The notes: generated from the letters alone by a model not told the origin. A DNA stretch of 64,000 bases from Patescibacteria group bacterium (GCA_038065615.1 JBBTQQ010000005.1:7984-71983); one strand, 5' to 3'. Shown: positions 38,411 through 48,368, counted from the first letter of the stretch. A program made the numbers and translations.

Positions 38411-38476
38411 CAGGAACAAATCATAACAAACTCAAATTAAATAAAGATTAAACATAGATAATTATTCAAATCCATT

Positions 38477-39058
38477 ATGTCCAAAGGCCTAAACATTTAT
38501 TACTACGGAAAAGGAAAAGGAAAAACCACAGCAGTTATGGGTCTTGCTGTTCGTGCTGCTGGTGCTTTAATGAATGTTTCAATCTTGCAGTTTGTTAAAG
38601 CAAAACAACCAAAAAAAGGAAACCGTTTACAAAGCGGGGAATGGCCTGTCTCAAATGAGTTCTTGTATTTCAACGCAACAAAAACAAAAAAGGTAGGTAA
38701 AATTGAAAGCAAACAAGTTGGAGCTGGATTTGTTGGAATATTAGGCGACAAAAAACAAAGAGAGATTCATATTAAAGCCGCAAAGCAAGGATTAAAAGAA
38801 GCAGAGAAAATATTCAAGTCTAAAAAATATCAGCTCGTAATTCTAGATGAACTAATTTCTGCGCTTGAACTTAAACTAATAACTGAAAAAGAAGTCCTCA
38901 ACCTCATTTCTAAAAAACCTAAAGAATTACACCTTGCATACACTGGACACGAGGCTTTCAAAAAGATAATAGAGGTTTCAGATTTGGTTTCCGAAGTAAA
39001 AATGATTAAGCATCCATATTACAAGGGAATCATGGCAATTAGGGGCATAGATTTTTAA
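38477..39058 (+). CDS. cobA: cob(I)yrinic acid a,c-diamide / corrinoid adenosyltransferase (CobA/CobO/BtuR family)
   Basis: P-loop YGKGKGKTTA, VSILQFVK, LVILDELISALE, HLAYTGHEA motifs of PF02572-type ATP:cob(I)alamin adenosyltransferase. Confidence 0.75.
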   Translation: MSKGLNIYYYGKGKGKTTAVMGLAVRAAGALMNVSILQFVKAKQPKKGNRLQSGEWPVSNEFLYFNATKTKKVGKIESKQVGAGFVGILGDKKQREIHIKAAKQGLKEAEKIFKSKKYQLVILDELISALELKLITEKEVLNLISKKPKELHLAYTGHEAFKKIIEVSDLVSEVKMIKHPYYKGIMAIRGIDF

Positions 39059-39106
39059 TTGTGATATACTAACATCACTAGAAAACATTAGAGGAGAAAC
39101 AAAAAA

Positions 39107-39565
39107 ATGATGGAAAACAAACAAAAAATATTAGTTGGTTTAGTGGTTCTTTTAGCAATCGCTTTAATATCAATGCTTTTGTTAAAGAATTATGCTAAAC
39201 AAAACAAGCAAGCAGAACAGCCAAGCATAAACAGGACTGATGCGCCTAAGGGCAAAATCGTTTCTGGTTTCCCACAAGCATTAATAGTTGATAGCTCGGT
39301 AGAGACCCAATCCAGCTACACCATAAAGTACGAGACAGAGAATCAATACACAGCAAGCTTTAAGACAGACAAGAGCGTTAAAGATGAATACAGCGCATAC
39401 ATATCTTTCTTTGAAAAGAATAAGTATGAGGTTGTAAACAAGTCAGAAGGACCGGTTGTTTCATCAATCTATGCGAAAGATGCCTCCGGAGAAGTTAACG
39501 TAGTCATAAGCAGGCTTGAAAAAGACACCCAAACCTCAGTTGTTGTTTCTTACTTGAAGAAATAA
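39107..39565 (+). CDS. hypothetical exported/membrane-anchored protein
   Basis: 152 aa; N-terminal TM/signal anchor. Confidence 0.4.
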   Translation: MMENKQKILVGLVVLLAIALISMLLLKNYAKQNKQAEQPSINRTDAPKGKIVSGFPQALIVDSSVETQSSYTIKYETENQYTASFKTDKSVKDEYSAYISFFEKNKYEVVNKSEGPVVSSIYAKDASGEVNVVISRLEKDTQTSVVVSYLKK

Positions 39566-39580
39566 CTTAAAGAGAATACA

Positions 39581-39612
39581 AAGACCGGCTGTTTCAAAGC
39601 CGGTTTTTTTCT
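39581..39612 (+). terminator. rho-independent terminator
   Basis: GACCGGCTgtttcaAAGCCGGTTTTTTTT. Confidence 0.6.
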
Positions 39613-39626
39613 GTTAAAATACAGAT

Positions 39627-40952
39627 ATGAAATTAATAGAACCACGAAATCTAAAGGGCTTCAGAGACTATCTGCCAACAGATCAGATTCCAAGAAGCAT
39701 CATGTTTTCAAAAATCAAAGCAGTCTTTGAGCGTTTTGGATTTGAGCCATTAGAAACGCCTGTTTTAGAGTATGAAGACATTCTAGCTGGTAAATACGGA
39801 GCAGAGGGCGAGAAATTAATGTATCGCTTCAAAGACAATGGCGAAAGAGATGTTGCTATGCGATATGACCTAACGGTTCCTCTTGCCAGAGTTTCAGCAC
39901 AATACCAAAATGATCTGCCAAAGCCTTTCAAGAGATATCAGATTGCTCCAGTGTGGAGAGCAGAGAATACACAAAAAGGAAGATATCGCGAGTTCTATCA
40001 ATGTGATGTTGATGTTGTTGGAGCACCTGCTGGTGTTGCAGATGCTGAATGTATTGCTATGGTAGAACAGATTTTCTTAGAGCTGGGTATAAAGAAATTT
40101 GTTGTTAAAGTAAACAACAGAAAAATATTGAATGCGATAATGCTGACAGCAGGGGTTTCAGAAGACAAGATACTAGATGCGATAAGAGCCATAGACAAGT
40201 TGGATAAGGTGGGGGCTAAAGCAGTTGTTTTAGAATTAAAAGAAAAAGTCGGTTTAAGCTTAAACGAAGCTGAAGGCTTAATTACCCTTGCCTCAACAAA
40301 AGTTCCTGATATAGGTGCCCTAAAAGCATTCATAAACAAATACATCCTTAAACAACCTCAAGGACAAGAAGGCTTTGATGAATTAAACAGTGTTTTCACA
40401 GCCTTAAAAGTTTTTGGAATAAGAAACGTTGAGATTGATCTTTCTTTAGCTCGTGGTCTTGATTACTATACTTCAACAATCTTTGAAACAATCATTACTG
40501 AAACAATAGACTCAAGAAAATATGGTTCAGTTGCTGGGGGAGGTAGATACGACAAATTAATCAAACTTTTCACGGGAAAAGATGTTCCTGCTGTTGGTAT
40601 TTCAATTGGTATTGATCGTTTGTTTGCAGCAATGGAAGACCTTGGTTTAGTTAAAAAACAAGGCATTGTTTCAGTATTGGTCTTAAACATGGAAGAATCT
40701 CTTCAAAAAGAATACTTAAAGATTGTTTCAGACTTGAGAAAAGCTGGTATTAATTCAGAGTTTTACTATGTTCCTTCAGAAATGAAAAAGCAGTTTGCTT
40801 TTGCAGAAGCAAAAAACATCCCATATGGAATACTTTTTGGTTTAGAAGAAGCAAAAAAAGGAACAGTTACCTTAAGAGACTTAAAAACAAGAAAACAAAA
40901 GACCGTTAAACAAAAAGACCTTCCAAAGGAATTAAAAAAACTTTTAAAATAG
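39627..40952 (+). CDS. hisS: histidyl-tRNA synthetase
   Basis: Motif 1/2 intact (QIAPVWRAENTQKGRYREFYQCDVD), class II anticodon-binding domain. Confidence 0.95.
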   Translation: MKLIEPRNLKGFRDYLPTDQIPRSIMFSKIKAVFERFGFEPLETPVLEYEDILAGKYGAEGEKLMYRFKDNGERDVAMRYDLTVPLARVSAQYQNDLPKPFKRYQIAPVWRAENTQKGRYREFYQCDVDVVGAPAGVADAECIAMVEQIFLELGIKKFVVKVNNRKILNAIMLTAGVSEDKILDAIRAIDKLDKVGAKAVVLELKEKVGLSLNEAEGLITLASTKVPDIGALKAFINKYILKQPQGQEGFDELNSVFTALKVFGIRNVEIDLSLARGLDYYTSTIFETIITETIDSRKYGSVAGGGRYDKLIKLFTGKDVPAVGISIGIDRLFAAMEDLGLVKKQGIVSVLVLNMEESLQKEYLKIVSDLRKAGINSEFYYVPSEMKKQFAFAEAKNIPYGILFGLEEAKKGTVTLRDLKTRKQKTVKQKDLPKELKKLLK

Positions 40953-40990
40953 TTAAGAAATATTTAATCTCAAGATGCTAGACTTGCAAA

Positions 40991-42430
40991 ATGAACAAGT
41001 CTAGCATCTTTGTTTGGGGAAGTAGTTTTTTCCTTCTAGGTTCTTTCCTGGGAGTTAGCAAACAGACGGGGATAATACTTCCGTTGATTCTTTTTGTGTT
41101 TGGGTTGTTTTGTTCTTTTAAGATTAAAGAGAGGAGATTAAAAATATTTGCAATATTTCTTGTTTTCTTCTTGCTTGGTTTTTTGAAAGCTGAGGTTTCT
41201 TCTTGGGAAACTAGTACATATTCTAAATACTATGGCCAAAAAGCTTTCTTCAAAGCAACAATTACAAAAGACCCTGAAATATACAAACAAAGGTTTAAAA
41301 GAATAACCCTAAAGCCTGAGGGGTTTGATCAGATGCTTTTAACAACGTTTTTTTCAAGAGACCAGTATTTCTACGGAGATCATGTTTTTGTAAGTGGAAA
41401 GATAAAAGAACCAAGAAGCGATGATGATTTCAACTACAAAAGATATCTTCAATCAAAAAATATCTATGCTCAGATTTCATCTCCAGAAATCTTTGTCCTA
41501 ACAAAAGCAAATGGTTTTACTTTAAACTCTAATCCAGCAATATTCTGGAGTTTAAAATTTAAACACTGGGTCTACAAACAATTTCAACAAAAGCTTCCTA
41601 AAGAACAAGCGGGTCTTTTAGTTTCCTTGCTAGTGGGACAAAAAGAGTTGCTTTCAGAACAAACAATTACAGAGTTTACCAAAGCAGGTTTGGCGCATAT
41701 AATCGCGGTGTCGGGATTTACACTCACTTTAATCCTTCTTTTCTGCAACAAACTAGGTGCATACATTGGTAAAAAGAAGGCTTGGATCATTTGTTTAGCG
41801 GTAGCTTTCCTTTATATTGTAATGGCTGATTTTGCCGCTGGGGTTATACGAGCAGCTTTAATGTCAGGAATCTTTGTTTTTGGAAAAAGTCTTGGAAGAC
41901 AATATGCACTCCTGCCAGCATTAGCCTTTACAGCGGGAGCTTTGGTTTTTCTTAATCCTTTAATCATAAAGTATGACATTGGGTTTATGCTTTCTTTTCT
42001 TTCAATCCTTGGAATATTGTTTTTTGTTCCACCACTTGAAATCCTTCTTGAAAAAATACATATTCCAAAAAGATTTGAGATCAGGAGCATTATTGCAACA
42101 ACCCTGGCTGCTGAAATTGTTACAGTCCCATTAACCCTTTACTATTTTCAACAGTTTTCAGTTGTTGCTCCACTTTCTAATTTGTTAATTCTTCCAATTC
42201 TTCCGATCTGTCTTGCTTTAGGGTACTTGGTTTGTTTTCCTTTGATAGGTTTTTTGATTGCAAAAATTCTTTTGATCCCTTTAAACTATTGCTTGTTTGT
42301 TGTTTCAACACTCTCTTCATTCAAATATTCAACCTTAAATTTTAAGATTCAAGCAAGCGTTTTAATCCTGGCATACATAGGTATTTTTCTCTTCTACAGA
42401 GCTTTAATGCGAAAGTTGAAAGATGTTTAA
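40991..42430 (+). CDS. ComEC/Rec2-family DNA internalisation channel (no beta-lactamase domain)
   Basis: DUF4131-like N-term with OB region, competence domain with AGLAHIIAVSGFTLT, about 10 TM helices. Confidence 0.7.
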   Translation: MNKSSIFVWGSSFFLLGSFLGVSKQTGIILPLILFVFGLFCSFKIKERRLKIFAIFLVFFLLGFLKAEVSSWETSTYSKYYGQKAFFKATITKDPEIYKQRFKRITLKPEGFDQMLLTTFFSRDQYFYGDHVFVSGKIKEPRSDDDFNYKRYLQSKNIYAQISSPEIFVLTKANGFTLNSNPAIFWSLKFKHWVYKQFQQKLPKEQAGLLVSLLVGQKELLSEQTITEFTKAGLAHIIAVSGFTLTLILLFCNKLGAYIGKKKAWIICLAVAFLYIVMADFAAGVIRAALMSGIFVFGKSLGRQYALLPALAFTAGALVFLNPLIIKYDIGFMLSFLSILGILFFVPPLEILLEKIHIPKRFEIRSIIATTLAAEIVTVPLTLYYFQQFSVVAPLSNLLILPILPICLALGYLVCFPLIGFLIAKILLIPLNYCLFVVSTLSSFKYSTLNFKIQASVLILAYIGIFLFYRALMRKLKDV

Positions 42431-42470
42431 TAGTTTGTTAAAATACCCAAGTAATTAAGCAAAATACAAG

Positions 42471-43187
42471 ATGACAAGAGCAGTTAAAATTTCAAGTGTA
42501 ATTGCGGCAATAATCGTCATTGCTGCTGTAGTAATAATCGTTAAGAATAATAAAGGGGGAAGCAGAGAGGAAGTAAAAGATATGGCTAGTCAGACAGAAA
42601 ACAAGCAAGCTGAGAATCAGAGCAATCCATGTGCTGATGCATCACAAAAAGACAGCAACGGTAAGTTTAAACCAGCTGTAGACATTGCAAACAAAACAGC
42701 AGTTTTACAAACCAGCATGGGTGTAATCTCAATCAAGCTGTATGATCAAGATGTTCCAAAGACAGTTCAGAACTTTGTCTGTTTAATCCAAAAAGGGTAC
42801 TATGATGGTATTAAATTTCATAGAGTCTCGCATGGATTTGTAATTCAAGCAGGGGATCCGACTGGAACAGGTGCTGGTGGTGAAAGTATCTTTGGCGGAA
42901 AATTTGAAGATGAACTAAATCAAGACACAGCTTCATATAAAGAAGGGTATGTTGAAGGAGTAGTAGCAATGGCAAATTCAGGACCAAACACAAATGGATC
43001 GCAGTTCTTCATAATGACAGATACACGAAAAGATCTTCCAAATGCGTACACAATCTTTGGTAAAGTAACCATAGGTCTCGATGTTGTTAAGAAGATTGGC
43101 GCTGTTCCCGTAGAACCAGGTCCTTTTGGAACAGAAGATGGTGCTCCTAAGACCCCTGTTTTAATAAACAAAGCAATAATTAAATAA
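42471..43187 (+). CDS. cyclophilin-type peptidyl-prolyl cis-trans isomerase, membrane-anchored
   Basis: FHRVSHGFVIQAGDPTGTGAGGESIFG cyclophilin signature after TM anchor and low-complexity linker. Confidence 0.9.
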   Translation: MTRAVKISSVIAAIIVIAAVVIIVKNNKGGSREEVKDMASQTENKQAENQSNPCADASQKDSNGKFKPAVDIANKTAVLQTSMGVISIKLYDQDVPKTVQNFVCLIQKGYYDGIKFHRVSHGFVIQAGDPTGTGAGGESIFGGKFEDELNQDTASYKEGYVEGVVAMANSGPNTNGSQFFIMTDTRKDLPNAYTIFGKVTIGLDVVKKIGAVPVEPGPFGTEDGAPKTPVLINKAIIK

Positions 43188-43196
43188 TAGAAAAAT

Positions 43197-43688
43197 ATGG
43201 AAAGAACATTAGTTTTACTAAAACCAGACGCAGTTAGCAGAGGATTGGTGGGAGAAATAACTCAGCGTTTTGAGAGGGTTGGATTAAAAATTGCTGGTAT
43301 GAAAATGGTTCAACCAGACGAGGATATTGCGACAAAACAGTACCACGACCTTGGTGAAAGAAAAGGCGCTGATGTTTTGAGAGTAACAGTTGAAATGTTA
43401 GTATCAGGTCCTGTTGTTGCAATTGTTTTTGAGGGAATAGAAGCAGTTGAATTGGTTAGAAAAATGGCTGGATCAACAGAACCAAAAGCAGCAGCTCCAG
43501 GAACAATACGAGGAGACTACTCACACATTTCTTTCAAGCATGCTGATGTAAAGAAAATTGGTGTTAAGAATTTAATCCATGCATCAGGATCAGTAGAGGA
43601 TGCGGAAAAAGAGATTCCTATTTGGTTTGAAGAAGAAGAGTTAATTCAACACACTCCGTCATACGCAAAACACACATTAGGTGAATAA
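43197..43688 (+). CDS. ndk: nucleoside diphosphate kinase
   Basis: ERTLVLLKPDAV, catalytic NLIHASGS region. Confidence 0.9.
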   Translation: MERTLVLLKPDAVSRGLVGEITQRFERVGLKIAGMKMVQPDEDIATKQYHDLGERKGADVLRVTVEMLVSGPVVAIVFEGIEAVELVRKMAGSTEPKAAAPGTIRGDYSHISFKHADVKKIGVKNLIHASGSVEDAEKEIPIWFEEEELIQHTPSYAKHTLGE

Positions 43689-43690
43689 CT

Positions 43691-43718
43691 AAAAAAGAAC
43701 CTCATCTGAGGTTCTTTT
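43691..43718. terminator. bidirectional terminator between ndk and the RelA/SpoT gene
   Basis: AAAAAAGAACCTCATCTGAGGTTCTTTT. Confidence 0.6.
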
Positions 43719-45198
43719 ACTTTCTCTTAATCAAGTTTTTTAAAGTGTTAAATATCCCACTTTGGTTTTCATTCAAGTAGTGCCGTATTTTATGCTTTGC
43801 ATTAGATGTTTTAACCTGTTTTAACCAATCCTGTGAAATCTTTACAGGTTTTTTTGTTTTAATAATCTCAACAACATCACCGCTGTGAAGCGCGTGATCA
43901 ATCTTTACCATCTTGCCATTAACTTTAGCGCCCATCATAAAGAAACCAAGATCAGAGTGGACTGAAAAAGCAAAATCAATTGGGGTTGCTCCCTCAGGAA
44001 GATCTTTAACGTCTCCTTTTGGTGTTAAGACGAAAATACGGTCTTGGAAAAAATCAATCTTTAAAGCTTGCAAGAAATCCTCCGCATTCTTAACCTCATC
44101 CTGCATACTTTGTAAGTCTTCAACCCACTGAACCTTAAAGCTGTTAATATCATCACTTTTGCCTTCTTCCTCATACACCCAGTGAGCAGCAATACCACGC
44201 TCAGCTTCATCATGCATTTGTTCAGTTCTAATTTGTATTTCAAAAACATTCTTTTCAGAGTCAAAAACAGTGGTGTGAATAGAGCGATAGCCATTTGGTT
44301 TAGGTAGTGCGATGAAGTCTTTAACACGGCCAGGAAGAGGCTGTAAGTGCTTATGAATAGCTCCAAGAGCTGCATAACAGTCTGCAGTTGATTGTGTAAT
44401 GACTCTTAAAGCAATCAAATCATAAATCTTGTTAACATCCCCGTCATAACGAGGGAGTTTCTTGTACAGTGAGTAAACACGCTTGACCCTACCTTTTAAA
44501 TCTTCAAACTTAACTCCTTCGGTTTTAAGGATAGTTGAAACATCTCTTTGTAGTTTCTTCAAAGCAGATTGTCTTCCAGAAAGAGCAGCTTCCAAAACTT
44601 CCTTTGTTTTCTTAAATGCTTCTGGGTTTGCAATCTCAAAAGCCGTATCTTCTAACTCGTCCTTCCATTCTCCAATACCCAAACGGTTTGCAATAGGGGC
44701 AAAAATTTCAAGAGTCTCTTCCGCAATTCTTTTTTGTTTTTCTTTTTTAACATATTGAATTGTGCGCATATTATGAATTCGATCAGCAAGCTTAATCAAA
44801 ATTACACGAATATCTTTAGACGTTGCCACAAACATCTTGCGCAGATTTTCAACATAATACTTGTCTTTGCTGTTTCTTAAACGCACTTTTCCAAGTTTAG
44901 TTACTCCATCAACTAAAGATGCAACCTCTTTTCCAAATTCTTTTTCAATTTCTAAAAGACCAACCTTAGTGTCTTCAGGAACATCGTGCAAAAGTGTTGC
45001 AGCTATAGTCGTTGCATTTGGAAAAATCCTTCCGAGAATCAAAGCAGCTTCTTGAGGATGTATGACATACTCTTCTCCGGAAAATCGTTTCTGCCCTTTA
45101 TGTGCCAATTCCCCAAACTTAAAAGCACGCTCTAAAAGCTCTTTGTTCTTGTCTTTAAACTTAAATTGAATCTTACTTAGAAATCCGTTAAAATCCAT
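43717..45198 (-). CDS. bifunctional (p)ppGpp synthetase/hydrolase, RelA/SpoT family (short form)
   Basis: HD hydrolase motif (HPQEAA...LLHDVPED), synthetase domain, TGS domain; 493 aa lacks ACT domain. Confidence 0.85.
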   Translation of the reverse strand: MDFNGFLSKIQFKFKDKNKELLERAFKFGELAHKGQKRFSGEEYVIHPQEAALILGRIFPNATTIAATLLHDVPEDTKVGLLEIEKEFGKEVASLVDGVTKLGKVRLRNSKDKYYVENLRKMFVATSKDIRVILIKLADRIHNMRTIQYVKKEKQKRIAEETLEIFAPIANRLGIGEWKDELEDTAFEIANPEAFKKTKEVLEAALSGRQSALKKLQRDVSTILKTEGVKFEDLKGRVKRVYSLYKKLPRYDGDVNKIYDLIALRVITQSTADCYAALGAIHKHLQPLPGRVKDFIALPKPNGYRSIHTTVFDSEKNVFEIQIRTEQMHDEAERGIAAHWVYEEEGKSDDINSFKVQWVEDLQSMQDEVKNAEDFLQALKIDFFQDRIFVLTPKGDVKDLPEGATPIDFAFSVHSDLGFFMMGAKVNGKMVKIDHALHSGDVVEIIKTKKPVKISQDWLKQVKTSNAKHKIRHYLNENQSGIFNTLKNLIKRK

Positions 45199-45335
45199 AT
45201 ATTTCCATCCCCCCTAATTATATGCCACAACTACCATAACCAGAAACAAGTTGTCAAAGGTAAAAAATTTAAGTCCCAAGACTTAATCCATTAATTTGAT
45301 ATACTGCTTAAAGAAGCCTTAAACAAGGAGCATCT

Positions 45336-45686
45336 ATGCAAGATGATAAATGGAACATGTTAATAGAACATGCAAAAAAGTCCTTTAGAGATGTTGATTT
45401 AAGGACAGAGGATTTAACCGCAGAAACAGCTGACGGTCTAGTAAAACAGGGGACCCAGGAGATTCTAGAGTTTACAAACGATAAAGGAAGATTCAGGTTA
45501 ATACGAGAAACAAAGCCTGTGGTCCTAGAAAAAAAGATGCACTATTCCCACAGACAAGGGGACAGCGCTAGAACAGAATATGTTTTTTCAGATACAGAAA
45601 AAACACACAGAATGCGCTTCTTCAAAGAAGACGGTTTTGATGAATGGAGAGAGTTAGAAGCAGACAACATTACAGATATATTTTAA
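45336..45686 (+). CDS. hypothetical protein
   Basis: 116 aa ORF. Confidence 0.35.
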   Translation: MQDDKWNMLIEHAKKSFRDVDLRTEDLTAETADGLVKQGTQEILEFTNDKGRFRLIRETKPVVLEKKMHYSHRQGDSARTEYVFSDTEKTHRMRFFKEDGFDEWRELEADNITDIF

Positions 45687-45688
45687 AG

Positions 45689-46540
45689 ATGCTAGCTGAA
45701 CAAATATTAAAAACCATAAAATACTTTGATGTTCAAAATCACCCTTTGACGCTTTTAGAGATACATAAATATTTGCTTGCAGACAAAGGTATTAAAGCAA
45801 CAGTTTCAGAAATACTAACAATCCTAGAAACAGACTTAAAAGACAAAGTTCAAACAACAAACGGTTTCTACTACTTGAATGGTAGAAGTGAAATTTCAGA
45901 ACAAAGATTAAAAAACAACATCTTTGCAACCAAACGATTAAAAAGAACAAAAAAATATCTTTCAAAAATTAAATACATACCTTTCATAAAAGGTCTTGCT
46001 GTTGGTGGTTCTGAAGCAATCACCAATTCCAGAGAGGGAAGTGATATTGATTTATTTGTTTTAACCAAACCCAACAGAATTTGGCTAGCAAGACTTTTCC
46101 TAAGTGCATACTTTCAAATTTTTGGGGTTAGAAGACATGGCAAAAAAACAGCAAATCGTTTTTGTTTAAACCACTACATAGAACAAGGTAAACTTTTAAA
46201 AAGGGAACAGCATATATATTCAGCAGTAGAATATATTTCTTTAATCCCATACTTTGGAGGAGAAGAAATTTATGAATTTCAAAAAACAAACATTTCTTGG
46301 ATTAAAGAATACTTAGCTCAACCACAGATTGTTAAATACACAACTCCAAAAGCAGCGAAGGTAACAGAGATATTTGAAAAGATGCTACAGAATAGACTCG
46401 GAGACTTCTTAGAAAAAATATCAGGTAAATTTCAGACAAAAAAAATACACCTTCAGGATAGCATAGTGTTAGAGAAAGACGAGCTTGCTTTCCACCCAGG
46501 AAACAAAGGTAGACAAGTAATGAGTAAATTTAACCTTTAA
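45689..46540 (+). CDS. putative minimal nucleotidyltransferase (Pol-beta superfamily)
   Basis: GGSEAITNSREGSDIDLFVL matches hG[GS]x9-13DxD NTase signature; start placed at ATG after the upstream stop. Confidence 0.5.
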   Translation: MLAEQILKTIKYFDVQNHPLTLLEIHKYLLADKGIKATVSEILTILETDLKDKVQTTNGFYYLNGRSEISEQRLKNNIFATKRLKRTKKYLSKIKYIPFIKGLAVGGSEAITNSREGSDIDLFVLTKPNRIWLARLFLSAYFQIFGVRRHGKKTANRFCLNHYIEQGKLLKREQHIYSAVEYISLIPYFGGEEIYEFQKTNISWIKEYLAQPQIVKYTTPKAAKVTEIFEKMLQNRLGDFLEKISGKFQTKKIHLQDSIVLEKDELAFHPGNKGRQVMSKFNL

Positions 46541-46590
46541 AAACGACGAGGCCCCGCAGACAAAAGCAGTCTGGGGGCCTCACGGGGGTT

Positions 46591-46761
46591 TCACGGCTTC
46601 GTCGTGTCGATGACAGCCGCGGGCGGCGTCTGGGCGGCCGCTCTCGGCTTCGGGGTCTGGTTGACGAAGAAGTAGCCGGCTACAAGCGCGCAGACGATGA
46701 TGACGAACGCGATCGTCCATGTGCTTGGTCCGGTGTCCACCGTGGCACGCTTGCCGAACAT
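46591..46761 (-). CDS. small high-GC single-TM protein (56 aa)
   Basis: AGGAGGG RBS 5 nt upstream of ATG on the minus strand; MFGKRATVDTGPSTWTIAFVIIVCALVAGYFFV; high GC unlike neighbours. Confidence 0.4.
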   Translation of the reverse strand: MFGKRATVDTGPSTWTIAFVIIVCALVAGYFFVNQTPKPRAAAQTPPAAVIDTTKP

Positions 46762-46908
46762 AGTCCCTCCTGCGATCCCTCGCATGTTGAAGTGGTGCTG
46801 CGTGATACTGCGTGGGGTTTCATTGCATATTGCCACATCTGTTTTAAAAAATCAAGCGCAACAAAACACCCTAAAGAATGCTCTTTAGGGTGTTTAAATT
46901 AGATGTAT

Positions 46909-47562
46909 TTAAACTTTCTTTATGACCTCTGCGATATATCCTGGTTCTGTAATGGAATGCGTATAGCTATTCAGTATTAAACTTACTAATTCATCCTTAT
47001 GTACAAAAGAAACATCATCAGAAACATGATTAACACCACCATCGCGCATATTCGGCATAACAAGGATCGCATTAACCCAAATTTTTTTTCTGCAGTACGC
47101 ATCAATGAAATGCTTTAACTTCATTGCACCACGATGTGATTGATTTAAAAAAGCATGCATTTGTCCCTGGTTTGGGTGATAGTGGCTTTTGACTTCAATC
47201 GCAAAAATTCCAGTTGGACCAATAACAGCAAAATCAATATCACCGCCGTGTCTTAAAGAGAGGTCTTGGAAAACATAAAAGTCATGTGGTAGGCGAAGAA
47301 GTTCTTTTTTGATGCTTTCTTCACCCCAGATTCCTCTTGAAAATCTATGAGATCTTTTTTCAAAAAGTTTAGCCAAGCTGTAACCGAGAGGGATTAATAG
47401 AACAATCAAAAGCATCCAATCAGAAAGAGAAGAGTAGGTATCAACATCACGCTGGGTTAAATAACTCAAAAACAAGAACAGTCCTAAGGTTATGACAAAC
47501 AGAAGAATAAAAAGAGACTCTTTTCTTTGCAGGAAACTGCTTTTTTTAATGTATATAGCCAT
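46909..47562 (-). CDS. NERD (nuclease-related domain) protein, membrane-anchored
   Basis: GDIDFAVIGPTGIFAIEVKSH motif characteristic of NERD; N-terminal TM helices; low GC. Confidence 0.7.
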   Translation of the reverse strand: MAIYIKKSSFLQRKESLFILLFVITLGLFLFLSYLTQRDVDTYSSLSDWMLLIVLLIPLGYSLAKLFEKRSHRFSRGIWGEESIKKELLRLPHDFYVFQDLSLRHGGDIDFAVIGPTGIFAIEVKSHYHPNQGQMHAFLNQSHRGAMKLKHFIDAYCRKKIWVNAILVMPNMRDGGVNHVSDDVSFVHKDELVSLILNSYTHSITEPGYIAEVIKKV

Positions 47563-47602
47563 TACTGTTTTATTCTAGCACTTTTGGATCCTCTGTGGAG
47601 GG

Positions 47603-47631
47603 TTGACATGGTAAGTCCTTGGTGTTAATAT
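47603..47631 (+). promoter_or_regulatory. consensus-like sigma70 promoter (TTGACA-17-TAATAT)
   Basis: TTGACA at 47603-47608, 17-nt spacer, TAATAT at 47626-47631; drives the high-GC small ORF. Confidence 0.5.
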
Positions 47632-47776
47632 GCTTTTTCTACAGTATTCTCCTGCAGCCGCTCGCGTGAGCGAAGCGGAAGCAACACAAGCCCAGAGGGC
47701 GAGTGGCTGTAGGAAACCCTTTCGTTCTGGCACAAGGGTCCAGATACGAAGGACAACTCGTTCGGAGGAACCATCT

Positions 47777-47945
47777 GATGACCACCACGAGCACCGGCCG
47801 ACTGCGGACCCGCAAGCCCCAGGCGAGCATTTTTCCCACCATCATGGACATCCTGGACGCGGTGAAGCACGACGACGGCAGCGGGCAGCAGGGCATCGAC
47901 AAGGCGCCGGCCACGCAGTCCGACGGCAGCGGCACCGCGCAGTAG
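47777..47945 (+). CDS. small high-GC hypothetical protein (56 aa)
   Basis: GGAGGA RBS 9 nt upstream of the ATG; MTTTSTGRLRTRKPQASIFPTIMDILDAVKHDDG; followed by several GC-rich hairpins to about 48095. Confidence 0.35.
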
Positions 47946-48339
47946 CAAGGCGGCGCCGGGTCACCAGGGAAGCTCGCCCCGAGGCGCTCGGGGCGGGCAA
48001 CCCCAGGTTTTCCTGGGGAGCAAGCGAAGAAGCAGCAACCGCATTGGTTGACTGCTTTTTTCGTCCCTTTCTTAGGTCCTTGACAAACTAGCAATATTTA
48101 GTTAATATTCCCAGTTAAAACAAAATATTAGTTATGGCTCCTGATTTCGTGCATACGGATTGGGGGCAACCCAAAAGGCTTGTGTAAGAGCATTTATTTA
48201 TGAGGCTCTATGGCACGAGTCTTTTTGTTTTGTATATTTAATACTTTGTTAATGAATTTTTAATGTTTTTTGCGTATTAATAGTAGGAAGGTTAAAAAGG
48301 AATATTAGTTTAGATCTAGTCTGTGTTTTCAGGAGCGCG

Positions 48340-48368
48340 TTGACATATGGGGTCTTTTGTTTTAAAAT
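48340..48368 (+). promoter_or_regulatory. sigma70 promoter for rpmF (TTGACA-17-TAAAAT)
   Basis: TTGACA 48340-48345, TAAAAT 48363-48368, about 40 nt upstream of rpmF. Confidence 0.45.

Noticed and set aside
47630-48094. 153-aa and 151-aa overlapping ORFs on both strands in the high-GC segment
   Set aside because: Arg/Ala/Pro-rich translations typical of out-of-frame GC-rich DNA; only the short ORF at 47777 has an RBS
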